NCBI GenBank assembly: GCA_046052125.1
Contig: JBJOMY010000002.1
Span: 288,001-352,000, forward strand
Reading direction: 5' to 3'
Source: Cyanobacteriota bacterium
GTDB taxonomy: Bacteria; Cyanobacteriota; Cyanobacteriia; PCC-6307; Cyanobiaceae
Length of the DNA stretch: 64,000 nucleotides
Shown here: one piece after another, positions 10,238-21,529 of the stretch
Numbering within the stretch: position 1 is the first letter of the stretch
Layout of the letters: each line of letters begins with the position of its first letter
Made by a program: the position numbers and the translations under genes
The notes under the pieces: generated by a model
The model's database searches: none
Seen by the model: only the letters and a program-made list of their open reading frames with translations
What the model was told of the DNA's origin: nothing

Positions 10238-12094
10238 TCATGACACAGGTGCCTCGGTGCCCTGGGCCTGATGTTGCACCGCACCGCCCAGCCCGAAGGC
10301 CGCATGCACCACCTGCAGCGCATTCACGCCCTCGGCTTCCGGCACCACGCAGCTGGTGCGGATCTCGCTGGTGGCGATCATTTCGATGTTCACTCCCGCA
10401 TCCGCCAGAGAGCGGAACATGCGTGCTGCTGTGCCTGTGGTGCAGGGCATGCCGGCACCCACGGCGCTGATGCGGGCGATGGCCATGCCTTCTTCGAAGC
10501 TGGCGCCGGGCCACTGGTTGAGCAGTGGCTGCAGGGTGGTGCGAGCCCGCTCCAGGTCGTCGCGCTTCAGGCAGAAACCCATGTCGCGGCTCTGGTGATC
10601 GCCGTTGCCGTGGCTGCGTTCCGATTGCACGATGGCGTCGAGGCTGATGCCCGCATCGGCGAGCACACGGCAGACGGCCGCGGCTGTGCCGGGTTTGTCG
10701 GGAATGCGGCGTACGGCCACCTGGGCCTGGTCGCGATCGAGGGCCACGCCGCGCACTTCCGGTTCGCCGGCGCCGGAGGGAGGCGGGTTCAGATGCAGCT
10801 GGCGCTCGTTGAGCTCAAAGCACTGGGCCGCGGCCTGCAGCGCCTTGCTGCCCTGGTGGCCGGCCACCAGGCAACTCACTTTCACTTCGCTGGTGGCGAT
10901 CAGGCGCAGGTTGATGCCGCCCTTGGCGAGGGTGTCGAACAGGCGGGCGGCCACGCCAGGGCGGCCCATGATTCCTGCGCCGGCGATGCTCAGCTTGGCC
11001 ATGCCCCCCTCGGCGCTGATCGTTGCGCTCTCGGCGCCCGGGCCCATGGCTGCCAACACTTCACGGCACACAAGCTGGGCCCGATCCAGCTGCGACTCGG
11101 CCACGGTGAAGGCGATGTCGTTGGTGAAGCCACAGTGGTCACCGCTGCAGTGCGTGTCGGCCTCGTGGGTGGACTGCACGATCAGATCCACGTTCAGTCC
11201 TGCGGCTGAGAGCGCTTCAAACAGCTGAGCCGCCACGCCGGGGCGATCGGGCACATGGGCCAGGGCCAGGACGGCCTGGTCGGTGTCGAGCTCGGCGCCA
11301 TCCACCGGCTTGCCCAGCTCCAGGCCTTCACCGTTGCCGCGGCGGCTGGTGGCATCGCTGGTGAGCAGGGTGCCGGGCTGATCGCTCCAGCTGGAGCGCA
11401 CCACCAGCGGCACGCCGTAGTTGCGGGCGATCTCCACGGCCCGGGGATGCAGTACGGCGGCGCCGAGACTCGCCAGCTCGAGCATCTCGTTGCAGGTGAT
11501 CGTGTCCATTAGCTGGGCATCGGGCACCTTGCGGGGGTCGGTGGTGAGCACCCCCGGCACATCGGTGTAGATCTCGCAGGCATCGGCGCCAAGGGCCGCC
11601 GCTAGGGCCACAGCCGAGGTGTCGGAGCCGCCGCGGCCGAGGGTGGTGATCTCGGGCAGGCCGCTCAGGCCGCTGCTGGTGCCCTGGAAGCCCGCCACCA
11701 CCACCACATTGCCGTCGCCGAGAAGGCGCTGCAGCCGGTCGGTGCGCACTTCGAGGATGCGGGCGCGGCCGTGGGCGGATTCGGTGAGGATGCCCACCTG
11801 GGGGCCGGTCATCGACACGGCCGGCACGCCCAGGGCGTTCAGCGCCATTGCCAGCAGCGCGATCGACACCTGCTCGCCGGTGGCCAGCAGCATGTCCATC
11901 TCCCGCTGGGGCGGGTTGCTGCTGATGGCGCGGGCCAGTCCTGTGAGCTCGTCGGTGGTGTGGCCCATGGCCGACACCACGATCACCAGATCGTTCCCCG
12001 CTTGACGGCTGGCCGCGATCCGCTGAGCCACGGCCTGGATCCGCTCCACATCGGCCACGGAGGTGCCGCCGAACTTCTGGACCAGCAGGGCCAT
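10238..12094 (-). CDS. lysC: Aspartate kinase (cyanobacterial four-ACT type)
   Basis: VQKFGGTSV, TTLGRGGSDTSA, repeated ACT domains (ATSEVKVS/ATSEIRTS). Confidence 0.96.
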   Translation of the reverse strand: MALLVQKFGGTSVADVERIQAVAQRIAASRQAGNDLVIVVSAMGHTTDELTGLARAISSNPPQREMDMLLATGEQVSIALLAMALNALGVPAVSMTGPQVGILTESAHGRARILEVRTDRLQRLLGDGNVVVVAGFQGTSSGLSGLPEITTLGRGGSDTSAVALAAALGADACEIYTDVPGVLTTDPRKVPDAQLMDTITCNEMLELASLGAAVLHPRAVEIARNYGVPLVVRSSWSDQPGTLLTSDATSRRGNGEGLELGKPVDGAELDTDQAVLALAHVPDRPGVAAQLFEALSAAGLNVDLIVQSTHEADTHCSGDHCGFTNDIAFTVAESQLDRAQLVCREVLAAMGPGAESATISAEGGMAKLSIAGAGIMGRPGVAARLFDTLAKGGINLRLIATSEVKVSCLVAGHQGSKALQAAAQCFELNERQLHLNPPPSGAGEPEVRGVALDRDQAQVAVRRIPDKPGTAAAVCRVLADAGISLDAIVQSERSHGNGDHQSRDMGFCLKRDDLERARTTLQPLLNQWPGASFEEGMAIARISAVGAGMPCTTGTAARMFRSLADAGVNIEMIATSEIRTSCVVPEAEGVNALQVVHAAFGLGGAVQHQAQGTEAPVS

Positions 12095-12139
12095 GGCGAG
12101 GGCGCGTGCAGCGTTAACCCGTGATTGTCCTACGTGGCC

Positions 12140-13156
12140 TTAAGGCGCCAACAGGAAGCCGTCGCGGAAGGCATCCCCCGGATCGCTGCCGCGTTTGAGC
12201 GCCGCTTCCACCTCCAGCAGCTGACGCAACAGAGCCAGGAAGCGGGCTGGTTTGCGGCCACGGATCTGCTTGCGCATCACGTAGACGCGTTTGGGGTTGC
12301 CGATGCCGGCGGCCTTGGCGATCGCATTCACATCGTTCTCGCCCTGTTGATCGAGCAGGCTCACCCACAACCAGCCGCGGATCTGCCCGCAGAGGGTGGC
12401 CACGATCCGCAGGGCTGGCTCGTTGGCCACCAGCAGTGCATCCACCAGCGCCACCGCTTCAGCGGGCTTTCCGGCCAGCAGTGCGTCGCCCACCTGCAGT
12501 GCATTGGTGGCCTGGCTGCCCACCAGGGCCTCCACGGCGGCGGCAGTGATGGGGGGTTGCTTGCTTGTTCCGAGCTGTTGCAAAGCGCCCGGCTGGGCCC
12601 CCACATAGAGCGCCAGCTTCTCCAGCTCGCTCGCCAAGCGGGCACTGTCGCTGCCAATGGCTTCGCTCAGGGCCTCTGCGGCGGCGTGTTCGAGCGTGAG
12701 TCCCAGCTCCCGGGCCGTGCGCTGCACTAGCTCGATTTGGCCGGCTCCGTCCCAGATCGCCGGCAGCTGGAAGCTCTGCTCCCGCGCCTCACCGGCCTTC
12801 ACCAGCTTCTGCAGGGCCTTGGTGGTTCGCAGGCGTGCATCAGGTTTGCCGGCGTTCACCAGCAGCAGATGGCAGTTGCTGGGGATCAGGGGGAGGGTGG
12901 CCTCCAGTTGCTCCGCCAGTTCCGCCGGGCATTGGTTGCAGAACGGACTGCGCTGCAGCACCACCACCCGATCACCGTCACCGAAGGGCGGCGTCCGCGC
13001 TTCCTCCAGAGCTTGGGCCGCCTGGCTGGTGTCGCTGCCATCGAGGCGGGACAGGTTGATGCTCTGCCAAGCCGGATCGGTGAGCTGGCTGATCAGGGTG
13101 TCCACCGCCCGGCTGCGGGCAGCTTCGTCGTCGCCCCAGAGCAGGTGGATCGGCAT
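12140..13156 (-). CDS. holA: DNA polymerase III delta subunit
   Basis: MPIHLLWGDD start, TPPFG, ELEKLALY, GNPKRVY. Confidence 0.92.
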   Translation of the reverse strand: MPIHLLWGDDEAARSRAVDTLISQLTDPAWQSINLSRLDGSDTSQAAQALEEARTPPFGDGDRVVVLQRSPFCNQCPAELAEQLEATLPLIPSNCHLLLVNAGKPDARLRTTKALQKLVKAGEAREQSFQLPAIWDGAGQIELVQRTARELGLTLEHAAAEALSEAIGSDSARLASELEKLALYVGAQPGALQQLGTSKQPPITAAAVEALVGSQATNALQVGDALLAGKPAEAVALVDALLVANEPALRIVATLCGQIRGWLWVSLLDQQGENDVNAIAKAAGIGNPKRVYVMRKQIRGRKPARFLALLRQLLEVEAALKRGSDPGDAFRDGFLLAP

Positions 13157-13887
13157 CAGATCCTCAGGGCGCTGAGCACCGGGTGTTGGCCAGTCTGGGC
13201 GAGGGCGGGGTGATCGGTTACTAGCACGGTTGCCTCGGTGGCAATCGCCGTGGCTAGCTCGATCGCTCGGGTGTCGTCGAGTTGGGGTTCCTGCCGCTGC
13301 AGCCGCGTGGCCGCGAGCACCAGGGCGCCATCGGCAGGCACCTGCAACCAATGCTCCGGATTGGCGAAGGCATTGGCGTAGCGGTGGGCCAGCACTTCGT
13401 CTCCCCGGGCCAGGGGCCCTTCCAGAACCCGCGCCAAGCTCACACTGCTGATCACCCCCTGCCAGGTGCCCTGGGCAATGCCCTGCATCAGCGGTGTGAG
13501 GTACTTGCCAGTGCCTTTGGCATCAGCCAGGAAGGCCACCAGGGCGGAGCCATCCAGCGCAATGCGGCTGCCGTGCTTCAGATGACTGGGACTAAACGGT
13601 TCCGTTCCGATCGGCTGCACCAACGCCGGAGTGGCTGGTGCTGGGCGGGCGGGATGGCGCTGGTTGGGATCCCAGCAATTGCGGCCACTGCCCTGCAGGG
13701 TCATCAGGCTTTGAATCTGCCGCTGGCGTTTGTGCGGATCGCTGGAAGGCTGGCCCCCAATGGGCACCAGAGCCGCCATGGGCTTTTTGTGCCGTTGAAT
13801 CACGAACGCTTCACCAGCTGCGGCCCGCTCCATTAGTTCCGGGAGCCTGCGACGCGCTTCCTCAACGCCGAGAGGTGGTGTCGACAT
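13156..13887 (-). CDS. Phd/YefM antitoxin domain fused to a degenerate PIN (VapC-like) domain
   Basis: N-term EARRRLPELMERAAAGEAFVIQRHKKPMAALVP is Phd-type; C-term IALDGS...ISSVSLARV...TRAIELATA...LVTDH is PIN-like; TGA overlaps the holA ATG. Confidence 0.8.
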   Translation of the reverse strand: MSTPPLGVEEARRRLPELMERAAAGEAFVIQRHKKPMAALVPIGGQPSSDPHKRQRQIQSLMTLQGSGRNCWDPNQRHPARPAPATPALVQPIGTEPFSPSHLKHGSRIALDGSALVAFLADAKGTGKYLTPLMQGIAQGTWQGVISSVSLARVLEGPLARGDEVLAHRYANAFANPEHWLQVPADGALVLAATRLQRQEPQLDDTRAIELATAIATEATVLVTDHPALAQTGQHPVLSALRI

Positions 13888-13899
13888 GGTGCGCGAGCG

Positions 13900-13940
13900 G
13901 TGTCCGCTTTTCTGTACGGAGTGTACGGAAGTTTGGACAC
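13900..13940. repeat. 41-bp dyad element, copy 1
   Basis: GTGTCCGCT TTTCTGTAC GGAGT GTACGGAAG TTTGGACAC; 12-bp gap to the Phd-PIN ATG. Confidence 0.85.
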
Positions 13941-14116
13941 TCCGAAAAACGAGTCGATGAGGCCGCTTGAGGGGCTTCTGGTGAGACTGCTCCGCAGCGC
14001 ATTCGCAACAGCTGAACGCACAACAGCCACCGCTGTGAACGCACCACAACCAATGACCTGTCACCCCTTCCGCCTGGATGACGCCCTGGGCTTCAAGCTG
14101 CTGATGTGTCCTCTGA

Positions 14117-14821
14117 GTGCCCGGCGTGGCTGATGCCCCTCCCGGTTTCGATCACCCGATCTTCAGCGAGAGCATTCGCCTGATTCGCGCTGCGCTGGCA
14201 GAGCAGCCACCACAACTGGGGTTTGATCTCTTCAGCCTCGCGCCCCCCGAGCAGGACGTGTTGCTGCGTTTGATCCACAGCAGCGGCGATCTCAGCGTGG
14301 CGGCCGATCTGCGCTTCTCGCCGGATGCCTGCAGTGTTGGCCTCGAGGCTCTGGCGCACGGTGCTCCGATCCTCACCGACACCGCTATGGCCGCGGCTGC
14401 CGTAGCACCGATGGCGCGCCGCACCTTCGGCAACAGCGTGCACAGCGTGTTGAGCTGGGCGCCCGCTCAGGCCCCGGCCGGAAGCACACGAGCGGCGGCG
14501 GGGACGGAGCGAGCCCTGCAGGAGCATCCCGGTGCGGTGGTGTTGATCGGAAGTGCGCCGACCGCTCTTGAGTTGCTTCTCGAGCAGGTGGCCGTCGGCC
14601 AAGCCGCGGCGCCGGCCCTGGTGATCGGGATGCCGGTGGGGTTTGTGGGGGTGGCGGAGAGCAAGCGCCACCTGGCCGAGAGCGGGCTAGCGCAGATCCG
14701 CCTGGAGGGCAGTCGAGGTGGCGCCGGCTTAGTGGGAGCGGCGGCCAACGCCCTGCTGCGTCGGGCTTGGCTGGATCAGGCCGCGGCTCGGGTTTCTGCC
14801 GCCGGGCCCACCGCCACGTGA
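14117..14821 (+). CDS. cobH: Precorrin-8X methylmutase
   Basis: [35 protein letters not shown]; start may be GTG 14126. Confidence 0.9.
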   Translation: MPGVADAPPGFDHPIFSESIRLIRAALAEQPPQLGFDLFSLAPPEQDVLLRLIHSSGDLSVAADLRFSPDACSVGLEALAHGAPILTDTAMAAAAVAPMARRTFGNSVHSVLSWAPAQAPAGSTRAAAGTERALQEHPGAVVLIGSAPTALELLLEQVAVGQAAAPALVIGMPVGFVGVAESKRHLAESGLAQIRLEGSRGGAGLVGAAANALLRRAWLDQAAARVSAAGPTAT

Positions 14822-17577
14822 CTGTTGGCCTCGATCCGGCCCAATACCTGGCGCGCCCGAACCACCACCGCTGCTGGAACGCCGGCGAGGCGGGCAGCCT
14901 CGATGCCGTAGCTGCGGTTGGCGCCGCCGCTTACCACCCGGTGCAGGAAGCGCAACTCGCTGCCCGTGTCTTCCACCAGCACCTGGGCGTTGGTCACGTT
15001 GGGCAGCTGATCGGCGAGTTCGTTGAGCTCGTGGTAGTGGGTGGCGAACACGCTGCGGGATCCAATCGTGTCGGCCAGGTATTCGGCTACAGCCCAGGCG
15101 ATGGAGAGGCCATCAAAGGTGGCGGTGCCGCGGCCGATCTCATCGAGCAGCACCAGGGAGCGATCGGTGGCGTGGTGAAGGATGTTGGCCGTTTCGGCCA
15201 TCTCCACCATGAAGGTGGATTGGCCAGCCGCCAGGTCGTCGCCGGCACCCACCCGCGTGAAGATCCGATCCGTGATGCCCATCCTGGCGCTCTTCGCTGG
15301 AATCCAGCTACCGATCTGGGCCATCAGCTGCAGCAGTCCCGTTTGGCGCAAATAGCAGCTCTTGCCGCTGGCATTGGGACCGGTGAGCACCACTAAGTCG
15401 GGCTTGTTGTTTTCCTCGTTCGGCACCTCAGAGCCCCAAAAGCCCAGCGTGATGTCGTTCGGCGTGAAGGGCTCGTCCACCAGCAGTTGTTCCACCACCG
15501 GGTGGCGGCCGGCCTCGATCTGCAGCAGGCGGGCTTCGGGCCCTTCGGGATCGGTGAGTTCTGGTTTGCAGTAGCCGCTGGTGGCGGCTACCTCAGCCAG
15601 GGAGGCGATGGCATCCAGCTCGGCCACCAGGCGGGCGGCGGCGCGGATTGGGGCGGCCTGCTCCCCTACTCGGCTGCGGAGCTGGCAGAACAACTCATAT
15701 TCCCGCTGGGCGGCCCGGGCCTTGAGTTGGAGGATGCGCCCCTCACGAGCCTTGAGCTCGGGGGTGATGAACCGCTCTTCGTTGGCCAGGGTTTGCCGGC
15801 GGATCCAGTGCTCCGGCACTGACGCTGCCTTGGCCTTGCTCACCGCCAGGAAGTAGCCAAAGGTGCGGTGATATTGCAGTTTGAGCGTGTTGATGCCGCT
15901 GGCGGCGCGTTCGGCTGTCTCCTGTTGGGTCAGCCAGGCCTCCTGGTCATCGAGCTGGTTGCGCAGTCCATCCAGCTCGGCATCCACGCCGTCGTGAATC
16001 AGGCCGCCTTCGCTCAGGCTCAGGGGCGGTGTGTCGAGCAGGGTGTGGCGCAGGTCCGCGGCCAGTGCCTCCAGCTCTGGCCAGGGGCGCGCCAGGGCCA
16101 GCAGTGGAGGGCTACTTGCACCCGTAAGCAGCGCCGCGAGTTGCGGGAGCCGCTCCAGCCCATCGGCCAGGGCCACCAGGTCGCGGGCTGAGGCCGTGCC
16201 GGCACCGGCGCGGCCCGCCAGCCGCTCGAGATCCCCCATCGGACGCAGCAGTTTGCGCAGGTTGATCCGTAGCCGTCGGCCGCTCACCAGCTCGCTCACT
16301 CCATCCTGACGGGCCTGAATCGCCGCCCGCTCCACCAACGGCGCCTCGATCCAGCGGCGAAGGCAGCGGCCGCCCATGGCCGTGTGGGTGCGGTCGAGGG
16401 CCCAGAGCAGCGAGCCGTGCAATCCGCCGCCCATCTGGGTGCGGGTGAGCTCCAGGTTGCGGCGGGTGGCGGCATCGAGCACCAGCTGATCGCCGGCCTG
16501 CCAGGTGGTGGGCAGCTCCAGCGGTACGCGGGTGCCGGGCTGGGTGTCGTCGAGGTAGCGCAACAGTCCGCCGGCGGCCCGCAGGCCCAGGGGCATCTCG
16601 CCCAGGCCGAGGCCATCCAGGCTGGCCAACTGGAAGCGTTGCAGCAGAAGGGCCCGCGCTTCAGGGGCGCTGAAGGGCGTGCGCGGCAGAGCTGTGAGCC
16701 GCAGGGCGTCTGGGCACCAGGCGGGCTCGCTGTCGTCCCCGGGCCAGAGCACCTCTGCGGCTTCCACCTGCAGCAGCTCCTGGTGCAGCAGATCACTGCC
16801 CTCGCGCTCGGTCACGCGGAACTCGCCGGTGCTCACATCAGCCACCGCCAGGCCCCAACGGGATTGCTCGCACACCACTGCACAGAGCCAGTTGTTGCGG
16901 CGGGCGCTCAGCAGCCCATCCTCGAGCACGGTGCCCGGGGTGAGCACGCGGGTGATCTCGCGTTTGAGCAGGGCCCCTTTGGCGGGATTGCGCGCTGAGG
17001 CCTCCTCCACTTGGTCGCACAGGGCCACGCTCAGGCCGCGGCCCACCAGCTCGGCGCAGTAGCGCTCGGCGGCGTGATGGGGAATGCCCGCCATGGGCAC
17101 CCGGCCGATCGCTTTGCCCCCCTCCTTGCCGGTGAGTGTGAGCTCCAGCAGGCGTGAGAGCTGGATCGCGTCTTCAAAAAAGCACTCGAAGAAGTCGCCC
17201 AGGCGGTAAAGCAGCACCCGCTCCGGGTGGGCGGCCTTGAGTTCCACGTAGTGGCGCAGCATCGGCGTGAGCTGCTCCGCGTCCACCAGGCTGTGGTGGT
17301 GCCAGGGGGGGAGGTCGCTGTCGCTGTGCTCGGCAGTGGCGTCAACGTCGCTTGCCTCGTCCGCCGGCGTGGGGGTCAGGTTTGACTTCTGTTTCCGCTT
17401 GCGGGGACGACGATTCGCATCGTCTGCAAGGGCCTCCTCGTTGAGCATCCCGCCGTTGAGCGACTCGCCAGCGGATGGCAGGGAGCGCTCTGCCTCAGCA
17501 GCTTCCACCGCTGGCTCCAGGCCAAACAGCGATCCCTGCAGGGCCAGCTCCGGCTGCTGCGGGGATGACGCGGTCAA
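14776..17577 (-). CDS. mutS: DNA mismatch repair protein MutS
   Basis: [44 protein letters not shown] start approximate. Confidence 0.96.
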   Translation of the reverse strand: MTASSPQQPELALQGSLFGLEPAVEAAEAERSLPSAGESLNGGMLNEEALADDANRRPRKRKQKSNLTPTPADEASDVDATAEHSDSDLPPWHHHSLVDAEQLTPMLRHYVELKAAHPERVLLYRLGDFFECFFEDAIQLSRLLELTLTGKEGGKAIGRVPMAGIPHHAAERYCAELVGRGLSVALCDQVEEASARNPAKGALLKREITRVLTPGTVLEDGLLSARRNNWLCAVVCEQSRWGLAVADVSTGEFRVTEREGSDLLHQELLQVEAAEVLWPGDDSEPAWCPDALRLTALPRTPFSAPEARALLLQRFQLASLDGLGLGEMPLGLRAAGGLLRYLDDTQPGTRVPLELPTTWQAGDQLVLDAATRRNLELTRTQMGGGLHGSLLWALDRTHTAMGGRCLRRWIEAPLVERAAIQARQDGVSELVSGRRLRINLRKLLRPMGDLERLAGRAGAGTASARDLVALADGLERLPQLAALLTGASSPPLLALARPWPELEALAADLRHTLLDTPPLSLSEGGLIHDGVDAELDGLRNQLDDQEAWLTQQETAERAASGINTLKLQYHRTFGYFLAVSKAKAASVPEHWIRRQTLANEERFITPELKAREGRILQLKARAAQREYELFCQLRSRVGEQAAPIRAAARLVAELDAIASLAEVAATSGYCKPELTDPEGPEARLLQIEAGRHPVVEQLLVDEPFTPNDITLGFWGSEVPNEENNKPDLVVLTGPNASGKSCYLRQTGLLQLMAQIGSWIPAKSARMGITDRIFTRVGAGDDLAAGQSTFMVEMAETANILHHATDRSLVLLDEIGRGTATFDGLSIAWAVAEYLADTIGSRSVFATHYHELNELADQLPNVTNAQVLVEDTGSELRFLHRVVSGGANRSYGIEAARLAGVPAAVVVRARQVLGRIEANSHVAVGPAAETRAAA

Positions 17578-17648
17578 GGCCTGGGTGCGGGTGCTCGATC
17601 GTAGGTCGATCGCCAAGACAGCCTTCTGGAGAGCAACGCTGCTGCGAG

Positions 17649-17689
17649 CCCTCCCTAATTCCGTGCAGACTGTACAAAAAAGAGGACGG
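17649..17689. repeat. 41-bp dyad element, copy 2
   Basis: CCCTCCCTA ATTCCGTGC AGACT GTACAAAAA AGAGGACGG; mutS/psbZ divergent region. Confidence 0.7.
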
Positions 17690-17840
17690 TCCTGAGTGCT
17701 TGCTTTCAGCCCCCGTCCCGCCTCGAGTCCCGCCCCGCCTTGCCGCCACAACTTGTGAAGGAACCCGCCAGCACTCACCAGGCCCGTGGAACCTGCGTGG
17801 GAGAATCCATCAACTGCTCGGCCGGCGCCGCCGCTGTTCC

Positions 17841-18029
17841 ATGACGATCCTCAACACCCTCACCGTTCTGGCTCTGGTGGTGATGTCGTTCGCCCTGATC
17901 GTCGCTGTGCCAGTGCTTTATGCCAGCGACGACACCAGCGGTCGTTCCAACCGCCTGATCCTCTTGGGTGGCCTGGCTTGGGTGGCTCTGGTGCTGGTGA
18001 ACTGGGGCATGAGCTACTTCGTAGCCTGA
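17841..18029 (+). CDS. psbZ: Photosystem II protein PsbZ
   Basis: 62 aa, two TM helices, [14 protein letters not shown]. Confidence 0.92.
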   Translation: MTILNTLTVLALVVMSFALIVAVPVLYASDDTSGRSNRLILLGGLAWVALVLVNWGMSYFVA

Positions 18030-18050
18030 GCGCACTGAAGCGCAGCCAGC

Positions 18051-18530
18051 GTGACCGTTTTTGAAGGCCAGTTCGTCGGAGCGCAGTCGCTGCGCGTTGC
18101 CATCGTGGTGGCCCGCTTCAACGACCTGGTTACGTCCAAATTGCTGAGCGGCTGTCTCGACTGCCTATCGCGCCACGGCATCGACACCTCGTCCACCAGC
18201 ACACAGCTCGATACCGCCTGGGTGCCCGGCAGCTTTGAGATTCCTCTGGTGGCTCAGCGCCTCGCTGCCAGTGGTCGCTACCAAGTGGTGATCACCCTCG
18301 GCGCCGTCATCCGCGGCGATACCCCGCACTTCGATGTGGTGGTGGCCGAAGTGAGCAAGGGTGTGGCTGCCGTGAGCCGCGACACCGGCGTGCCCGTGAT
18401 CTTCGGGGTGCTCACCACCGACACGATGCAGCAAGCCCTGGAGCGCGCTGGCATCAAGAGCAACCTGGGCTGGAGCTATGGCCTTCAGGCTCTCGAGATG
18501 GGCAGCCTGATGGAGGCACTGCCTAGCTGA
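18051..18530 (+). CDS. ribH: 6,7-dimethyl-8-ribityllumazine synthase
   Basis: [26 protein letters not shown]. Confidence 0.96.
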   Translation: MTVFEGQFVGAQSLRVAIVVARFNDLVTSKLLSGCLDCLSRHGIDTSSTSTQLDTAWVPGSFEIPLVAQRLAASGRYQVVITLGAVIRGDTPHFDVVVAEVSKGVAAVSRDTGVPVIFGVLTTDTMQQALERAGIKSNLGWSYGLQALEMGSLMEALPS

Positions 18531-18912
18531 GCTGCTTCGCCACGCTCAGCGGCAGATTCGGATTCTCGGGATTCACACTGAGGCGCTGCAGCTGAGGTTG
18601 CAGCACCAAATCCATGTCTTCCATCGGGATCGCTCCCAGCAGCACCTCATCGCCGAGCACCATGGCGCCGGTGAAGCAACGGCGGTTGGCGAAGCGCACC
18701 TCCACCGGTCCCATGTAGGGAACGCTTTGCCTGCGTCCATCGGCCAATACCACTTCGCGCCGCTCTAGTTCCCGGAGCTGCAGCTGCAGGGCCACATGCT
18801 CGGGGATGCAGAGGTGAACAGCGCCCGAATCGGCCAAGGCCTTCACCTCAAGGCCTTGCACCTCGGGATTGCTGGGGTTCAGCAGCTGCAGGCTGGCGTG
18901 AATCAATCCCAT
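18523..18912 (-). CDS. Clan AA (retropepsin-like) aspartic protease
   Basis: ALADSGA catalytic motif, [17 protein letters not shown]. Confidence 0.8.
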   Translation of the reverse strand: MGLIHASLQLLNPSNPEVQGLEVKALADSGAVHLCIPEHVALQLQLRELERREVVLADGRRQSVPYMGPVEVRFANRRCFTGAMVLGDEVLLGAIPMEDMDLVLQPQLQRLSVNPENPNLPLSVAKQLS

Positions 18913-18984
18913 GGGGTGCTGGTGCTGGAAAAGTAGGTGGTCTTGGCGCGGTTGAAGCCGCAACCTTTGAATGCCACCGCTGTT

Positions 18985-19449
18985 TCAGTTGTTGCTCTGA
19001 TCGCGCCGCAACAGCTGCTGGCCGTTGACGCGGGCAAAGCCCAGCTGTTCATAGAAGCCGGCGCTGTTGGTGGTCATCAGATACACACGCTCCACCCCTG
19101 CCAACGCTGGTGAGGCCAGCAGCGCCTCCACCAGTTGGCGGCCCAGGCCTTGGCCCTGGAGATCTTCCGGGATCACCACATCCCAGAGCACGGCGCGGAA
19201 GACCCCATCGCTGCTGGCCCGGGCGAAGCCCACGAGGCGTTTGCCGCGCCATAGGCTCGCCACGGCGGCACTGCCCGCCAGCATGCGGCGCAGCTGCCCG
19301 AGCGATCGACCCTGGGCCCAGAAGGTGTGTTGATCCAGCAGCCGTTGCAGCTTCCAGAGGCCGCGGCTGGGACGCAGCCCCGGACCCAGCCCCAGCCAAC
19401 GCAGGCCTGGTGCACCCGGGGCGTGGATCAGCAGGCGAACGGCGTCCAT
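18985..19449 (-). CDS. GNAT acetyltransferase (Ycf52-like)
   Basis: LVGFARA, WDVVI, QGQGLGRQL acetyl-CoA motif, FYEQLGF. Confidence 0.85.
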   Translation of the reverse strand: MDAVRLLIHAPGAPGLRWLGLGPGLRPSRGLWKLQRLLDQHTFWAQGRSLGQLRRMLAGSAAVASLWRGKRLVGFARASSDGVFRAVLWDVVIPEDLQGQGLGRQLVEALLASPALAGVERVYLMTTNSAGFYEQLGFARVNGQQLLRRDQSNN

Positions 19450-19502
19450 GGGCTGATTGTCGTGCAGCAGCTGAACAAGGCCTGGTTGTGATCTGCGGGG
19501 GA

Positions 19503-19543
19503 TTGTCGGGACTTCTGTGCAGTCTGTACAGAACTCTGAATGA
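19503..19543. repeat. 41-bp dyad element, copy 3
   Basis: TTGTCGGGA CTTCTGTGC AGTCT GTACAGAAC TCTGAATGA, plus an extra TGTACA at 19553; GNAT/rmlA divergent region. Confidence 0.8.
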
Positions 19544-19625
19544 TCACCGATTTGTACAGCAGTGATATGAGCTCCCAGGAGTTCACCATTCACCCCAAGA
19601 CCACGGGTCATAACCTGGCGGCGCG

Positions 19626-20519
19626 ATGAATCAGCCGATGCGCAAGGGAATCATCCTGGCGGGGGGCAGTGGCACCAGGCTGCATCCGATCACCCAGGCG
19701 GTGAGCAAGCAGCTGCTGCCGGTGTACGACAAGCCGATGATCTATTACCCGCTCAGCACGCTGATGCTGGCGGGGATCCGTGAGGTGTTGATCATCAGCA
19801 CGCCCCACGATCAGCCGGCTTTCCAGCGGCTCCTGGGGGATGGTTCCGCCTGGGGAATGAGCATTCGCTACGCGATTCAGCCCAGCCCGGATGGCCTCGC
19901 TCAGGCCTTTCTGATCGGCGCCGATTTTCTGGCGGGCTCACCGGCGGCGCTGGTGCTGGGCGACAACCTCTTCCACGGTCACGACCTGGCGCCACAGCTG
20001 TTGAGCAGCAACGGCAGCCAGGCCGGCGCCACGGTGTTTGCCTATCAGGTGCGTGATCCTGAGCGCTACGGCGTGGTGGAGTTTGCGGCCGACGGCCGCG
20101 TGCTCAGCCTGGAGGAGAAGCCGGTCAAACCCAAGAGCCGCTATGCCGTGACCGGCCTCTACTTCTACGACCACACGGTGGTGGAGCGGGCCCGTCGGGT
20201 GGTGCCCTCGCAGCGGGGAGAACTCGAGATCACCGATCTCAACCGTCAATACCTGGAGGAAGGTTTGCTGCGGGTGGAACTGATGGGCCGGGGCATGGCC
20301 TGGCTGGATACGGGCACCTGCGATTCGCTTCATCAGGCCGCCAGCTTCATTCGCACCCTGGAGCACCGTCAGGGTCTGAAGGTGGGCTGCCCCGAGGAGG
20401 TGGCCTGGCGCCTGGGCTGGATCAGCACCGAGCAGCTCGAGGCCCTGGCGGCTCCGCTGCGCAAGAGTGGCTACGGCGACTATCTGCTCCAGGTTTTGGA
20501 GGAATCCCATGCAGGCTGA
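19626..20519 (+). CDS. rfbA: Glucose-1-phosphate thymidylyltransferase
   Basis: [30 protein letters not shown]. Confidence 0.96.
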   Translation: MNQPMRKGIILAGGSGTRLHPITQAVSKQLLPVYDKPMIYYPLSTLMLAGIREVLIISTPHDQPAFQRLLGDGSAWGMSIRYAIQPSPDGLAQAFLIGADFLAGSPAALVLGDNLFHGHDLAPQLLSSNGSQAGATVFAYQVRDPERYGVVEFAADGRVLSLEEKPVKPKSRYAVTGLYFYDHTVVERARRVVPSQRGELEITDLNRQYLEEGLLRVELMGRGMAWLDTGTCDSLHQAASFIRTLEHRQGLKVGCPEEVAWRLGWISTEQLEALAAPLRKSGYGDYLLQVLEESHAG

Positions 20520-21108
20520 ACGGCTGATCAGCCCCAAGGGCAGCCAGCTGGAGGGGCCGTTGTTGATCACCCCCCGGGTGTTCGGTGATGCCCGCGGGTT
20601 CTTCTTCGAGAGCTGGAACGCCGGCGCCTTTGCCCAGGCGCTGGAGGCCGACGGCCAGCCGGTGCCTGGCTTTGTGCAAGACAACCACTCCTGCTCGAGC
20701 CGCGGGGTGTTGCGGGGTTTGCACTATCAGCTGCCGCCCCATCCCCAGGGGAAGCTGGTGCGCTGTGTGGTGGGTGAGATCTTTGATGTGGCGGTGGATC
20801 TCCGCCGGGGTTCCCCCAGTTTTGGGCAATGGGTGGGGGCGGTGCTCAGTGCTGCGAACCATCAGCAGCTGTGGGTGCCGGCTGGTTTCGCCCACGGCTT
20901 CCTCACGCTGAGTGAGCAGGCCGAGGTGCTCTACAAAACCACCGACGTGTGGAGCCGCGAATGCGAGCGCGCCATCCGCTGGGACGACCCGCAGCTGGCG
21001 ATCCAGTGGCCGCTGGATCGCTTGGTCGGGGTTCAGCCGCTGCTGTCGGAGAAGGATGCCGCTGCGCCACTGCTCGCTGAGGTCAACGATCTCGACCTGT
21101 TCAGCTAG
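20509..21108 (+). CDS. rfbC: dTDP-4-dehydrorhamnose 3,5-epimerase
   Basis: [28 protein letters not shown]. Confidence 0.96.
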   Translation: MQAERLISPKGSQLEGPLLITPRVFGDARGFFFESWNAGAFAQALEADGQPVPGFVQDNHSCSSRGVLRGLHYQLPPHPQGKLVRCVVGEIFDVAVDLRRGSPSFGQWVGAVLSAANHQQLWVPAGFAHGFLTLSEQAEVLYKTTDVWSRECERAIRWDDPQLAIQWPLDRLVGVQPLLSEKDAAAPLLAEVNDLDLFS

Positions 21109-21529
21109 AGCAGCAGATCGCACCAGCCCAGCCGGCCTTTGCTTGTCACCGTGAGACTGGTTGTGGTCAACACGGTTCACCCTCAGTCCCGTAGAGAATG
21201 TAAGGCTTTTCTGCCTCACTCGCCCGGTCGGGCGGCGCCGGCACTAGCTCACCGCGTTGCCAGCATGAGCGCAACAAGCTGGGCCTCCCCTCAGCACACA
21301 ACAGGGCTCAACCCCAATTCACGGCATCGGCTACATCTGCTTCGCTCATCCCGAGTTCGAATAAGTTGGCTCGCACGGCTGATGCATCGCCGGCCTGCCC
21401 CGTCATTCCACCCCGGCCTTGGGAGGGGTCAGCTGGTTTTTGGTGGTGCGCTTGTCAATCACCATGCTTCCTTGCTGCGATCTGCATCCACTCACCATCC
21501 CTAGCCTGGGCTAAGCGCTGTCTTTCACC

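Noticed and set aside
14776..14821. 46-bp convergent overlap of cobH and mutS
   Set aside because: Involves low-complexity Ala-rich tails; common in compact GC-rich genomes.
21177..21217. Possible sixth dyad copy (GTCCCGTAG AGAAT GTAAGGCTT)
   Set aside because: Both GTAC cores are altered and the outer arms are missing; cannot be told from chance without a PWM score.
21109..21529. 420-bp gap before the HEPN gene (ORF 21139-21504)
   Set aside because: The ORF looks non-coding, and no repeat, att site or structure could be supported.
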